From Candidatus Bathyarchaeota archaeon (lineage in GTDB: Archaea; Thermoproteota; Bathyarchaeia; Bathyarchaeales; DTEX01), in contig CAVQNT010000002.1 in assembly GCA_963714275.1 (NCBI GenBank), positions 800,001 to 864,000 of the forward strand: DNA of 64,000 bases, read 5' to 3'. The notes below the pieces were generated by a model that had not been told where the DNA came from, searched no databases, and saw only the letters and a list, made by a program, of their open reading frames with translations. The number at the start of each line of letters is the position of its first letter. Position 1 is the stretch's first letter. This document shows, piece by piece, positions 26,025 to 36,079 of this stretch. The position numbers and the translations under genes are program-made.

Positions 26025-27212
26025 TTAATGATTGTAAATTTTTACTCCTCTTACGACTCTGTTTATTACACCTTTTTCGCTGGGGCTGTCAGGTTTAAGC
26101 CCTATCTTTAGGGATTTGAAGAGTCCAAGAAGCTGCCCAACCGTTACGTCCATGATTGGTCTGTAGAAATCTGGAATGTTGAACTTGCCCTCTCTATTGA
26201 ACTCGAAGACTTGATTCGCGTTTTTTTTAATTTCCTCATCAGCCTTATCGCACACTACGACTTTTGCCATGCCGAGGTTTTTGTTTTCTATTTCCCGCAT
26301 CAGGTCCAGCTCATATTTTCTGGCACGCGGCTCTGAAGAAAGCAAGTAGACAACCATGGTCTTATCGTTTATAACGGCTTCTGGTCCATGCCTAACTCCG
26401 AGAAACGTGTCAGCTTTACATATTATTTTACCGTCGGTCATTTCCTGCAACTTTAGGCTTGATTCCACGGCGCAGCCATACAGGCATCCGCTTCCCAAGA
26501 AAAACGCTCTTTCAAAACCGTTGTCTACAACATCTTTTAAAAGATTCGAGTAGTCCCAAAAAAGCCTGCTTGTGGCTTCCGAAAGGTCCTTTATTATTCG
26601 TTCATATTCTTCAAGATTTTTTATGTTCGCCAAGAATTGGGCTGCCATCACCATCGTTGTGAAGGATGCTGTCATAGCCAAGCCTTTATCGTTGGTTTCG
26701 TCAGACAACAAGACAGGCAAGGCGTGGCGTTTTTTCTTTCCAATTTCCGCAAGCTCTCCATGCCTGTTGCATGTCACAATAACATGGCTAATTTTGGGAC
26801 AATATTTTTCTGCCACATTAATCGCTGCGGTGCTTTCTGGGCTGTTCCCCGATCTTGCGAAGGAAATCAGTATGTTGTTGGCTTTTTTGAGAAAAATTGA
26901 GTCCCAATGCGTGATGATGTCTGTTGTGGGTCTAGTGTCAACGTCCAGCTGCCACCTTTGCCTCAGCAAGTTCTGGGCAGACAAACCCACATGTGCAGAT
27001 GAGCCCGCTCCTGTGAGGGTTACCCTAGGATTCGGCTTCGAAAAAACGTTCGTGTCTAGGAAGGCAAGAACTTCTTCTTTCTGTTTCTTTAGGTTCTCGA
27101 AATTTTCTATCCACAGTCTCGGTTGAGCAGCTATTTCCGATGGTGTATACTCGATTCCTTTTTTTGCACGTTCCTCTTTTGGCAAGTTAACGAGCTCGTA
27201 GAGTTGGTTCAT
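26025..27212 (-). CDS. agaS: AgaS-like double-SIS sugar-phosphate deaminase/isomerase
   Basis: TPSEIAAQP, LTGAGSS, SFARSGNSPES, AMTASFT, RHGP, PDSPS..GVINRVVRGVKIY. Confidence 0.8.
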   Translation of the reverse strand: MNQLYELVNLPKEERAKKGIEYTPSEIAAQPRLWIENFENLKKQKEEVLAFLDTNVFSKPNPRVTLTGAGSSAHVGLSAQNLLRQRWQLDVDTRPTTDIITHWDSIFLKKANNILISFARSGNSPESTAAINVAEKYCPKISHVIVTCNRHGELAEIGKKKRHALPVLLSDETNDKGLAMTASFTTMVMAAQFLANIKNLEEYERIIKDLSEATSRLFWDYSNLLKDVVDNGFERAFFLGSGCLYGCAVESSLKLQEMTDGKIICKADTFLGVRHGPEAVINDKTMVVYLLSSEPRARKYELDLMREIENKNLGMAKVVVCDKADEEIKKNANQVFEFNREGKFNIPDFYRPIMDVTVGQLLGLFKSLKIGLKPDSPSEKGVINRVVRGVKIYNH

Positions 27213-27213
27213 T

Positions 27214-28148
27214 CTATCTTCCTACTGGTTTGTGCTGGTTCATGAAGGCTTGAACGTCAGCTTCTGTAATCATTTTCTCTGCTCCCCCTATGTATAGGCA
27301 TGAAAGGGCGCCTAAAGCGTTCGCAAACTCTATTGAAGCTTTGAAGTCTTTGTTTTTGTGTAAATAGTAATAGATGAAACCGGCGTCAAAGGAGTCGCCT
27401 GCCCCAGTGGTGTCAACTGGTTTTATGCTGAACGGATTGACCTTGACTGTTTTGCTTTTATGTCTTCCAACTGCACCTTTTTCGCCACGTTTAATGACAA
27501 CAACTGGAACCTTCTCGTTTAACTTTTCAAGGGCTAAGTTGACACTGTTTATTCCAGCGTATGGCTTTAGCTTCTTTGTCGTTTGGAAGAAAAATGTCAA
27601 CGTGACCCAGAATTTCGTTGATGTACTCGTACTTGTTTAACGGGTCAGCGTTCGTGTCCAAAGATGTCGTCAATCCCTGTTTCTTGGCTTCGGAAAAGAC
27701 CTTGGAGATTGAACTGAGCAGCTTTCTCAAAATGTAGATTGACGAGATATGGAGGTGGTTGTAACCATGAAAAATTTCTGGTGTCATTTCGGGCTCGGTT
27801 AAATTGTCGATGCCTTTCATGTAAGTAACGAGAGCCCTATTCTTTGGATATGTCAATGAAATTGTTATACCCGTTTTGATCTCGTTTTGTACCTTGACCT
27901 TGCTTGTTCCGACACCGCTTGACCTAAGATTCTTTAATGCTATATCGCCATTAATGTCAGCGCCTATTTTCCCGAATATGTCAACTTCGCTGCCTCAGCT
28001 GTGCGAGTCTACATGCGAAGATTGAGGCTGCGCCTCCCATTACGGTTTGGAAGTCCTCGCACGGAATTTCATGACCGAGAACTGGAAGTTGGGGAGCTCC
28101 TGAAACGATCATGTCCACGTTTAGGTCCCCGATGACGAGACTTTTCAA
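27214..28148 (-). CDS. PfkB family carbohydrate kinase; two frameshifts
   Basis: VIGDLNVD, DIFLPN, KRGEKG, DTTGAGDSFDAG. Confidence 0.9.
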
Positions 28149-28307
28149 CTTTAAACACCGTTACTTAGCCTTTAATGCGTCAATCATTATTCATAAATGC
28201 CTTTTATGTTTAGTCTTCTAACATCATTGAAGCAATTGACGGAATTGGGAGCAACAAGTTTATATGAATTAATGACTTCCCAAAAAGGGTGTCTGAGAGG
28301 AGAGCAG

Positions 28308-29041
28308 ATGAACCAAGCAGCGATCGAAACCGCAAGTCTCGTCAAGACGTTCGGAAACATAATAGCCCTTAACGGGTTGAGCTTTAGAGTGATGCAGGGG
28401 GAAATTTTGGGGCTGATAGGTCCCAACGGTGCGGGAAAAACCACAACCTTGAGGATTCTCGCCACGTTGATTAAGCCTTCTTCTGGTTCAGCAAAAATTT
28501 TCGGTTTTGATGTGGAAAAGAACCCGTCTGAAGTCCGGAGAATCATCAGCTATCTCCCGGAAGAGCTGGAGCCTACAAAAACCTTTCAGGATGGGAGTAC
28601 CTCGTGTTCATGGCAAACTTTTACTCTCTGAACAAGAAGGATGGTCAAGCCACCATTAAAGACGCAGCGGAAATTTCGGGACTAGGCGCACGGTTGAAAG
28701 ACAGGGTTAAAACCTACAGCAAGGGAATGAACCGTAGGCTGCTTCTCGCGAGGGCTTTGATGATGAAGCCTAAACTCGCAATTCTGGACGAACCAACAAG
28801 CGGTTTGGACGTTGTTCACGCTTTCTACGTTAGACACATCATACAAAACTACGTAAAGACGTACGGCGTAACCGTTCTTCTTTCGAGTCACAATATGCTT
28901 GAGGTTGAGTTGCTTTGCAACCGGGTGGCTCTGATTAACGAAGGCAGAGTCATCGGAGAAGGAACTCCTCAGGAACTAAAGTCCAGTCACCACGCTAACA
29001 ACCTTGAGGACGTGTTCATGGAGGCGACGAAACTTGGTTAG
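28308..29041 (+). CDS. ABC transporter ATP-binding protein; frameshift near 28565
   Basis: GPNGAGKTT, YSKGM, LDEPTSGLD, SSH. Confidence 0.9.
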
Positions 29042-30338
29042 TGGTTTAAACAATTTAATCAAAAAAGAAGTCAAAGAACTGCTTCGAGACCCAAAGATTC
29101 TACTCGGTACGGTGTTGATGCCGCTTCTCATTTTTCCACTCATGGGTAGCGCAATGAATATTTCTTCAACCGCTGTCGAGGAATCCGTGAGGCAAGTCTC
29201 GGTGTGGCTGATGGACATGGACCGAGGACCCATGGCTCAAAGCCTTTCCCTCTCCTTCAGGAGCATGAACGTTACGATAATTGAAACCCATGCTTCCACA
29301 GTTGACGAAGCTCTAGAGGAACTCCAACAAACCAACATAACGACGCTGGTCATCATACCCAGTGGCTTCAGCCAAAACCTTACCCTTGGCTTGAAAGGCA
29401 ATGTGGAAGTCTACTCCGTCTACAAAAGCCTAAGCGTCGCAGAAGGAGTCAGGTCAACCATAGTGGACATCCCGATTAACGTGTTTGAAGGAGCCCTCAT
29501 CCGACAGGCAATAAGCCAAGCCTTTCCAGGCAGAGACCCTTCGACTGTTTTGGACCCCATCTCTGTGAGTAGCTTTGCTGTTGTCAAAGGAAAAGTGATT
29601 GATGTTCCCCCCGAAGTTCTGAGGAGCCTTTTCCTGTCGCAGTCTCTCGGATTCCCCATGGTCATAATGTTGCTGCTTATTTCAGCGATGCAGGTGGCTG
29701 CGACTACTGTTTCCATCGAAAAAGAGGAGAAAACTTTGGAAACCCTCCTGACAATGCCCATCAGCAGGCTTGGTATATTGACAGGGAAACTCGTAGGCTC
29801 AGTTGTTGTTGCTGCCGCTGGAGCAGTAGCCTCGATGATTGGAGTCAACTATTACACCAGCTCAATATTCAGTATGATGCCAACTGAAACCGTAAACCTT
29901 GAAGCCCTTGGGTTGACAATGTCCCCCTTAGGCTACGGACTTTTGGGAGCAGTAATGTTTGTCACCATCGTTTCAGCCTTAGCCCTAGCCATCGTTGTTG
30001 CTGCCTTTTCAGAAAACGTGAGGAGCGCCCAATCTCTTGTCGGATTCCTGAACATCATTTTCATCATTCCTTCACTGGTGCTGATGTTCGCAGATATCGA
30101 AATCCTCCCATATCCTTTCCAAATGGTACTGTACGCCATTCCGTATACCCACGCAATTTTGGCATCTAAAGCTGCGTTCATGGGCGACTACTTCATTATG
30201 GTAAGAAGCATAGCCTACATCTCAGTGTTCACAGTAGCTGTATTGTACATTGCAGCCAAAATTTTCACAACTGAAAAAATTGTGACAGCAAGAATCTCCT
30301 TCAAAAAACGTGGAGCAATGAAGGCTTTATTCAAGTAA
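29034..30338 (+). CDS. ABC-2 type permease (NatB-like)
   Basis: KKEVKELLRD, EKEEKTLETLLTMP, GK, six TM segments. Confidence 0.85.
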   Translation: MVSGLNNLIKKEVKELLRDPKILLGTVLMPLLIFPLMGSAMNISSTAVEESVRQVSVWLMDMDRGPMAQSLSLSFRSMNVTIIETHASTVDEALEELQQTNITTLVIIPSGFSQNLTLGLKGNVEVYSVYKSLSVAEGVRSTIVDIPINVFEGALIRQAISQAFPGRDPSTVLDPISVSSFAVVKGKVIDVPPEVLRSLFLSQSLGFPMVIMLLLISAMQVAATTVSIEKEEKTLETLLTMPISRLGILTGKLVGSVVVAAAGAVASMIGVNYYTSSIFSMMPTETVNLEALGLTMSPLGYGLLGAVMFVTIVSALALAIVVAAFSENVRSAQSLVGFLNIIFIIPSLVLMFADIEILPYPFQMVLYAIPYTHAILASKAAFMGDYFIMVRSIAYISVFTVAVLYIAAKIFTTEKIVTARISFKKRGAMKALFK

Positions 30339-30432
30339 ATCCGAATCACAATCAGTCTACCTTGCACCGACAGCCACATAAACGGCGAGAATCACATTTA
30401 AAGAAGTGCAACATCCTTAGAGGAGAAAAAGC

Positions 30433-31248
30433 ATGAAACTGTCATTCACGACGCTAGGATGTCCGCAGTGGACGCTTAAACAAATAGTCGAAAAAGCTGC
30501 CAAGATGGGGTATGACGCAGTTGACTTCCGAGGGCTACTTGAAGACATAGACGTCAGCCACCGACCAGAATTCACAATCCAATTAAAAACCACAAAAAAA
30601 TTGTTCAGAGACCACGGTATTGATGTCTCAGCAATCTCCGTTTCAGCCCATTTCGCAGTTGTTGACTCAGCAGAAAAAGAGAAAGAGTTCGATGAAGCAC
30701 AAAGAAACCTTGAACTTGCTGCCAAGCTCGACTCGCATGTAATGCGAATTTATGGTGGGCAAGTACCAAAAGGCTACGCCGTGGAGACCATAATGCCCAT
30801 TCTTGTCGAAAACCTCCGCAAAATCGGGGACGAAGCGGAAAAGTACGATGTTACTTTGGCTCTTGAAACCCACGACGACTGGACAAACTCAGCCACCCTC
30901 GCCCGAGTCATCACCCAAGTTAATCATCCACGTGTACGAGTCTTGTGGGATCTCCATCACCCATACCGCTTTAACGGCGAAAAACCTGAACTCACCTACG
31001 CGCACCTTGGAAAGTTCACCGTCAGCACCCACGTTAAAGACTCGGTTCTCGACAAAGACGGGAAACCGTGTTATGTGCTACTCGGCAAAGGCACCGTGCC
31101 CATAAAAAGGATGCTTGAGATGCTGGTTCAAGGCGGATACGATGGCTACGCGACTCTGGAATGGGAGAAACGTTGGCTACCCGAACTCGCTGAACCCGAA
31201 AATGTTTTTCCGCAGTACGTTCAAAAGATGAGGGAATGGATGGCATAA
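30433..31248 (+). CDS. Sugar phosphate isomerase/epimerase (TIM barrel)
   Basis: FTTLGCP, LETHDDW, WDLHH, HVKD, GYDGYATLEWEK. Confidence 0.85.
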   Translation: MKLSFTTLGCPQWTLKQIVEKAAKMGYDAVDFRGLLEDIDVSHRPEFTIQLKTTKKLFRDHGIDVSAISVSAHFAVVDSAEKEKEFDEAQRNLELAAKLDSHVMRIYGGQVPKGYAVETIMPILVENLRKIGDEAEKYDVTLALETHDDWTNSATLARVITQVNHPRVRVLWDLHHPYRFNGEKPELTYAHLGKFTVSTHVKDSVLDKDGKPCYVLLGKGTVPIKRMLEMLVQGGYDGYATLEWEKRWLPELAEPENVFPQYVQKMREWMA

Positions 31249-31257
31249 TCAGTCTGT

Positions 31258-31683
31258 TTAGTTTCTAGACAAATTCGACCTTAACTTCTGTAACACCCTA
31301 AAATCAGAATCCGAAGTTAGAATTATATCAGATGATTGTTCAGCAAGGGCAAGATGTATGCTGTCGTACAAGGAGAAGAAGGTTTTTCCTGCTCTTTTAA
31401 AATATTTTTTCTCTAGTTCTGCTCCTCTGTGAGATATTGATGTGGGGACCTCTTCGATGATCGTAAGGTTTGGGATTCTTTCTATATATGCCCGCGCCTC
31501 CACCGCTTCATCATCTAAACCTTGAGAAAGGAAGGCATATACTATTTCTGCAATAACAATTGTGTCCGTGTATCCGTCATGTTCTCCGTTTGTCATTTTT
31601 GTGAGCCACTCAGCAACTTTTTCGTAGCCCTTCTCTTTCTTTAGAACTTTTAAAAAAGCGTTTGCATCAAAAAAGACCTTCAT
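31258..31683 (-). CDS. PIN-domain (VapC-like) ribonuclease
   Basis: FFDANAF, IAE, SLYDSIHLALA, ILTSDSDF. Confidence 0.85.
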   Translation of the reverse strand: MKVFFDANAFLKVLKKEKGYEKVAEWLTKMTNGEHDGYTDTIVIAEIVYAFLSQGLDDEAVEARAYIERIPNLTIIEEVPTSISHRGAELEKKYFKRAGKTFFSLYDSIHLALAEQSSDIILTSDSDFRVLQKLRSNLSRN

Positions 31684-31866
31684 TCAACGTCAACCTCAGC
31701 CACAATCTCCTTCATCTTTTTCTTTATGAAAGTGGCATGCAACCATTATTGTGCAAAATTATAGAACAATTTCAAAGTAATTGAAAAATGTAAATTTCGT
31801 TAATACTTGAACCTTAATTTTAAGGATACATAAAAACATTAAACTTGCACTATTACTTATCTGGTT

Positions 31867-31974
31867 TGGCGCCGGGGAAGGGATTCGAACCCATGCGGTC
31901 CGCAGGGACCACAGGCTTTCTTGGTTGAGATTATTCGCTCAAGGCCTGCGCCTTATCCACTCGGCCACCCCGGC
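31867..31974 (-). tRNA. tRNA-Ser(TGA) with a 20-nt intron at 37/38 (31918-31937) and encoded CCA
   Basis: GCCGGGG/CCCCGGC acceptor, CAGGC-CTTGAG^A-GCCTG anticodon arm, long variable arm, GGTTCGAATCC; CTTG/CAAG BHB helix. Confidence 0.92.
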
Positions 31975-32099
31975 TTACGGTTGCTTCGTCTTTTTTCGGT
32001 GGTAGATTAACGGTTTCCTGTTTATTTGAACCTTTTTCTTGTTGAAAAGGTTTAGGTACCTAAAAGCTGAAAAGACAGGCAAGTTTTATACAATATTAA

Positions 32100-32420
32100 T
32101 TGAAAACTGATTTGTTATTGGAGGAGTCTTCGTTGAAGATTCTGCTTGATGAAATGTACGCAGGTCTTAAGGAATACTTCGAAACGTTGGGTTGGGAAGT
32201 CGTGACCATTCAGGGCGCGGGGCTTAGGGGAGCCAAGGACAGGGACGTCGTGGATTATGCGAAGAGAAACGGTCTTTTGCTTGTCACCCAGGACCAGAAA
32301 CCAGCTGACCTTGCTGAGCTTTTAGGCGTAAGATGCATCCTGATTTCGAACGCTTTGATTGCGAAGATTGCGGACGAAAAAATCAGAAATAAATATCCAG
32401 ATGCGAAACCAAGCAAATAA
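32100..32420 (+). CDS. DUF5615/Mut7-C-type PIN-like protein
   Basis: KILLDEM, GAKD, LLVTQD. Confidence 0.75.
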   Translation: MKTDLLLEESSLKILLDEMYAGLKEYFETLGWEVVTIQGAGLRGAKDRDVVDYAKRNGLLLVTQDQKPADLAELLGVRCILISNALIAKIADEKIRNKYPDAKPSK

Positions 32421-32439
32421 AATGGTTGAACAGCCTGCC

Positions 32440-33364
32440 TTATTCGCCAGTTAGTCTTTCTACAAGCAGATCCTCAAACGCGGAAAGGTTCTTCCATTCG
32501 ACGGCGCAGTTTACGGCTTTAGCCCCGTTGTCGATTAGGGTGTAGCCGTCGTCGGTAACGTGGACGCCGAGTTTCTGCATGACAAGAAGTTTTTCGGAGA
32601 AGGCCAAGTAAACCGCTACGGTGTCGAAAAGGATTGTGCTCTGGGTTTTGAACTGTTGCTGCCAGTCTTCGCGGCTTTTCAGCCAAACCATGTAGTTTTC
32701 CATCAACGCTTTAACAACAGGGTCGTCGTATTCTCGAACAACACGGTACTTTTCGCCCTTAAGCACGACGAAGCCACAGGTGTCAAGCGGAGTGACCGTT
32801 ACTGACCAAGGAGCACCAAAAACCTTCTGCAGCGCCTTTGGGTTCGCGCTTACATTGTATTCAGCGAGGACGCCGCCTTTTTTTCCGTCGTATCCCCAAG
32901 GGCTTTTGCGGAGGCAACCGTGCATTCCGACGAACCTTGCGTTTCGGGCTATTTCTGGCTTCCGTTCAAGAGCAGCGGCAATGTTGGGAACTGGTCCGAT
33001 GCAGATTAACGTTACAGGTTCAGGCTGAATCTGTTATTGAGTCAATTATGGCTTTTACGCCGTCCTGATGCACTGTGCCGTCGTAGTCTAACAGTTGATA
33101 TGTTTTGACCCATTCTTGTTGCGGACCTGTTTTGTGGCTTTGGCGAACGCCGACTCCTACTGGAATATCGGTCCTCCCCGCGGCTTCCAGCATCTTGGCT
33201 ATGATTTTGGCTCGGTAGGTCGTGTTTCCCGTGTCGGAAACAACGAGTCTAACGTCAAGCTCAGGCGACTTAAGCAGCATCGTCAAAGCCCACGTGTCGT
33301 CTATGTCGCTTCCGATGTCCGTGTCTAAGATTACGGGAACTTTTTTCCTTGAACGTTGCCCCAT
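32440..33364 (-). CDS. Inosine/uridine-preferring nucleoside hydrolase; frameshift near 33022
   Basis: ILDTDIGSDIDD, IGPVPNIA, EYNV, PLD, FDTVAV. Confidence 0.88.
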
Positions 33365-33432
33365 GCTTTACTGCCCCACCTTGAAAAGTGTCTTCAATGA
33401 ACTGTTTCAATTAGTAAAGGAACTGAGCGTGC

Positions 33433-34455
33433 TTATGGATACTCGAGCTTCACCGTTTCGCCGATTCTCGAGGACTCTTCGGCGGCTTCCATGACGGCTA
33501 TGACTCTCCGCGCTTCCTCAGGCTTAACTAGCAATTTGGTTCCTCGTAGCAGGTGGTCAGCGATGTTTCGGTAATACGCTGGATGTTTGCCTTTTCTGAA
33601 GTTTACCTGTGTTTCAACGGGTTTTCCGTCGCTGTAGGTCACCATTCGGAAATATTCTTTTTCAGGCACGGTCGTTATTCCGCCTTTGGTGCCAAGGATT
33701 CGCCAACGAGACTTACCTATGCTTGCTAGGCTGGACAGCTGCACATCAGCGACAGCGCCAGATTCGAAACGGATAACCGCTTCCACTTGGTCCTCGTTCG
33801 TGACGTCCATCCACACAAGTTTATGGAAGTAGCCCGTGACTCCCGCGATGTTGCCTGGAATGAGATTGAGAACCCAATCTAGAAGGTGCGCTCCCCAGTC
33901 GTAAAGGGCTCCGCCTGAAACCTTTTTGTTTGAACGCCACCATGTTCCCGGATGCCCATATCCGCCCATGAACGCTTCTAAATGGAAGACCTCGCCGATT
34001 TGCCCTTTGTCTATAGTTTCCTTTAATGCCATGAAGTCGCCGTCAAGCCGTCTGTTGTGGAAAACCGAAAGTGTCAGGTTCCTTTTCTTCGCTTCGTCGA
34101 TCATGGCTGTGGCTTCAGCCGTAGTAATGCACATGGGTTTCTCGACAATAACGTGTTTGCCCGCCTTCAGGCACTGAAGAGCCAAACTGGCATGAACGTT
34201 GTGGGGTGTAACAACTGTGACAAGATCAACATTCGCCTTCTTCAGCATCTTGCCTAAATCCTCGTAGGCTCTGATGGAGGGGAAATCTTTCTTGGCAGCT
34301 TCAGTCTCTTTTGGGTCCGCGTCGCAGACTGCGGCAAGCTCAAGCCCGTCTGTTGCCTTTATTTGGTCGCAGTGAGATTTGCCCATGTTGAACGCTGGTC
34401 CGTAACCTACCACGGCGCATTTAATCGTGTTCTTTTTCGCATTTTTTGTTTGCAT
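33433..34455 (-). CDS. Gfo/Idh/MocA family oxidoreductase
   Basis: VGYG, TPHNVH, VEKP, HNRR, GGALYDWGAH. Confidence 0.9.
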   Translation of the reverse strand: MQTKNAKKNTIKCAVVGYGPAFNMGKSHCDQIKATDGLELAAVCDADPKETEAAKKDFPSIRAYEDLGKMLKKANVDLVTVVTPHNVHASLALQCLKAGKHVIVEKPMCITTAEATAMIDEAKKRNLTLSVFHNRRLDGDFMALKETIDKGQIGEVFHLEAFMGGYGHPGTWWRSNKKVSGGALYDWGAHLLDWVLNLIPGNIAGVTGYFHKLVWMDVTNEDQVEAVIRFESGAVADVQLSSLASIGKSRWRILGTKGGITTVPEKEYFRMVTYSDGKPVETQVNFRKGKHPAYYRNIADHLLRGTKLLVKPEEARRVIAVMEAAEESSRIGETVKLEYP

Positions 34456-34597
34456 AACTAGTCCAACTTTTGAACAGTTTTTCCTTAAATCATGAAATCC
34501 ATAATTTACTTTTAAGCCTTCTTAACGAAACAAGTTTAAGCCACGATTCCTAAGATTTCTTAAAACATTAAGGCAAATCCGAGAAGCTGAGAAAACA

Positions 34598-35431
34598 ATG
34601 AAGTGCCAATACTGCAACAGGAACGTCGACCTTCCATTCAGATGCTCATTCTGCGGCATCTACTTCTGCGGCGAACATAGGCTGCCCGAAAACCACAACT
34701 GCCCCGAACTATGGCAAGCAATGGTCCGGCAGCCCAGCCTCGAAGAAAAGAGCCCGCAACAATCCGGTGAAGCGCGTCCGCCTCGGACTGTCAGTCAACC
34801 CTCTTTTCAGTACAGGTTCAAAGTGCAGAGAGTCGGCTGGATGAGCAGCACCGAGATGATTCACTTAGCCGCGGGAGCGTTGATAGTTATGGCTGTTGGG
34901 CTTTCTTGGGGTAGCAGTGGCTTAGACTGGGTTTTCCGTATCTTCTCTGACCCCGTTAACACGTTTGTTTCAGCTGCACTCTTCACGTTTATTTTTCTGT
35001 CTCATGAGCTGGCGCACAAAGCGGTTGCCAAACAATTTGGGCTCTGGGCTGAGTTTCGCATAAGCGCATTGGGTGCAGCTTTCACTTTAATGACGATACC
35101 TTTGAACCTGATCAAGATTGTTTCGCCGGGTGCTGTTAATATTGCTGGTGCAGCGGACAAAAAAATCATCGGAATAACGGCGCTTGCGGGTCCATTAACA
35201 AGCATAGGGCTTGCGGGCGTATTGTTTGGTTCATATTTTCTGATTCCCAGCAGCTCAGGTATTTTATTAATCAGGTGTGCATCCCTCGCCATTTGGATAG
35301 CCGTCTTTAACCTTATTCCTTTAGGCATTCTGGACGGGGCAAAAGTGTTCTGGTGGAACAAGGCTGCTTGGGCAATCAGCATCGCAGTTGCCTTCGCAAT
35401 AATGATAGTAACATCTAGATTTCTAGCCTAA
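34598..35431 (+). CDS. AN1 zinc finger fused to an M50 (site-2) intramembrane metalloprotease
   Basis: PFRCSFCGIYFCGEHRLPENHNC; HELAH, AGP, FNLIP..LDG. Confidence 0.85.
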   Translation: MKCQYCNRNVDLPFRCSFCGIYFCGEHRLPENHNCPELWQAMVRQPSLEEKSPQQSGEARPPRTVSQPSFQYRFKVQRVGWMSSTEMIHLAAGALIVMAVGLSWGSSGLDWVFRIFSDPVNTFVSAALFTFIFLSHELAHKAVAKQFGLWAEFRISALGAAFTLMTIPLNLIKIVSPGAVNIAGAADKKIIGITALAGPLTSIGLAGVLFGSYFLIPSSSGILLIRCASLAIWIAVFNLIPLGILDGAKVFWWNKAAWAISIAVAFAIMIVTSRFLA

Positions 35432-35528
35432 GCCAAAAACTGTATATATTATTAATGTGTAGTTTTTGGAATTTGTAAAAACCTTTTCAAGGATTTAAGC
35501 AGCAATAATTGATTCTGAAACAACTTGC

Positions 35529-36077
35529 CTATCGAGTTTCAACCTCTGCTGCCACGCCTTGTTTGATGAGGGTTTTGGCGTTTTCTTTCGGAACCGTCGC
35601 GACATCTTCGGGTTTGAACGGTCCGTAGGTTTTCATGTCCGCTCCCACTATTTCAGGGATTTCTTGAAGAATCCTAACAACCATCAGTCCGGGCGAGTTT
35701 TTGCCTGTTTCCTGTGGCAGTCGACCCAGCAGCACATCTTTCAGGAACGATTGGAGTGAATCTGTCTGCGCGGAAACATTTCTGTAGAGGCCTTCTTCCT
35801 CCTTAGTCAGCGTTGCTGAAGGCAGGATTTCGCCTTTTGAGACTGTGCGGACCATTTTTTCGTGGCGGGTTTGAACGAGCTCCTCAGCCATGCGTTTTAC
35901 GTTTTCTTCTTCCTGCTGCAGAAGCCTGCCCTTGACTGTTTTTTCGTCAAGCATCCGTCTTTCTTCTCGGAGCTTTTTTATGTACTCAGCCAAATTAGCG
36001 TAGAATCCTTTTGGTAGGGGCTGGAACTCAGCGTTTTCTTTTTCTTTTTTCCACGCTTCAAAAATCTGGTTGTACAA
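35529..36077 (-). CDS. GINS complex subunit Gins51
   Basis: C-terminal B domain IPEIVGADMKTYGPFKPEDVATVPKENA; synteny with priS. Confidence 0.85.
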   Translation of the reverse strand: MYNQIFEAWKKEKENAEFQPLPKGFYANLAEYIKKLREERRMLDEKTVKGRLLQQEEENVKRMAEELVQTRHEKMVRTVSKGEILPSATLTKEEEGLYRNVSAQTDSLQSFLKDVLLGRLPQETGKNSPGLMVVRILQEIPEIVGADMKTYGPFKPEDVATVPKENAKTLIKQGVAAEVETR

Positions 36078-36079
36078 GT

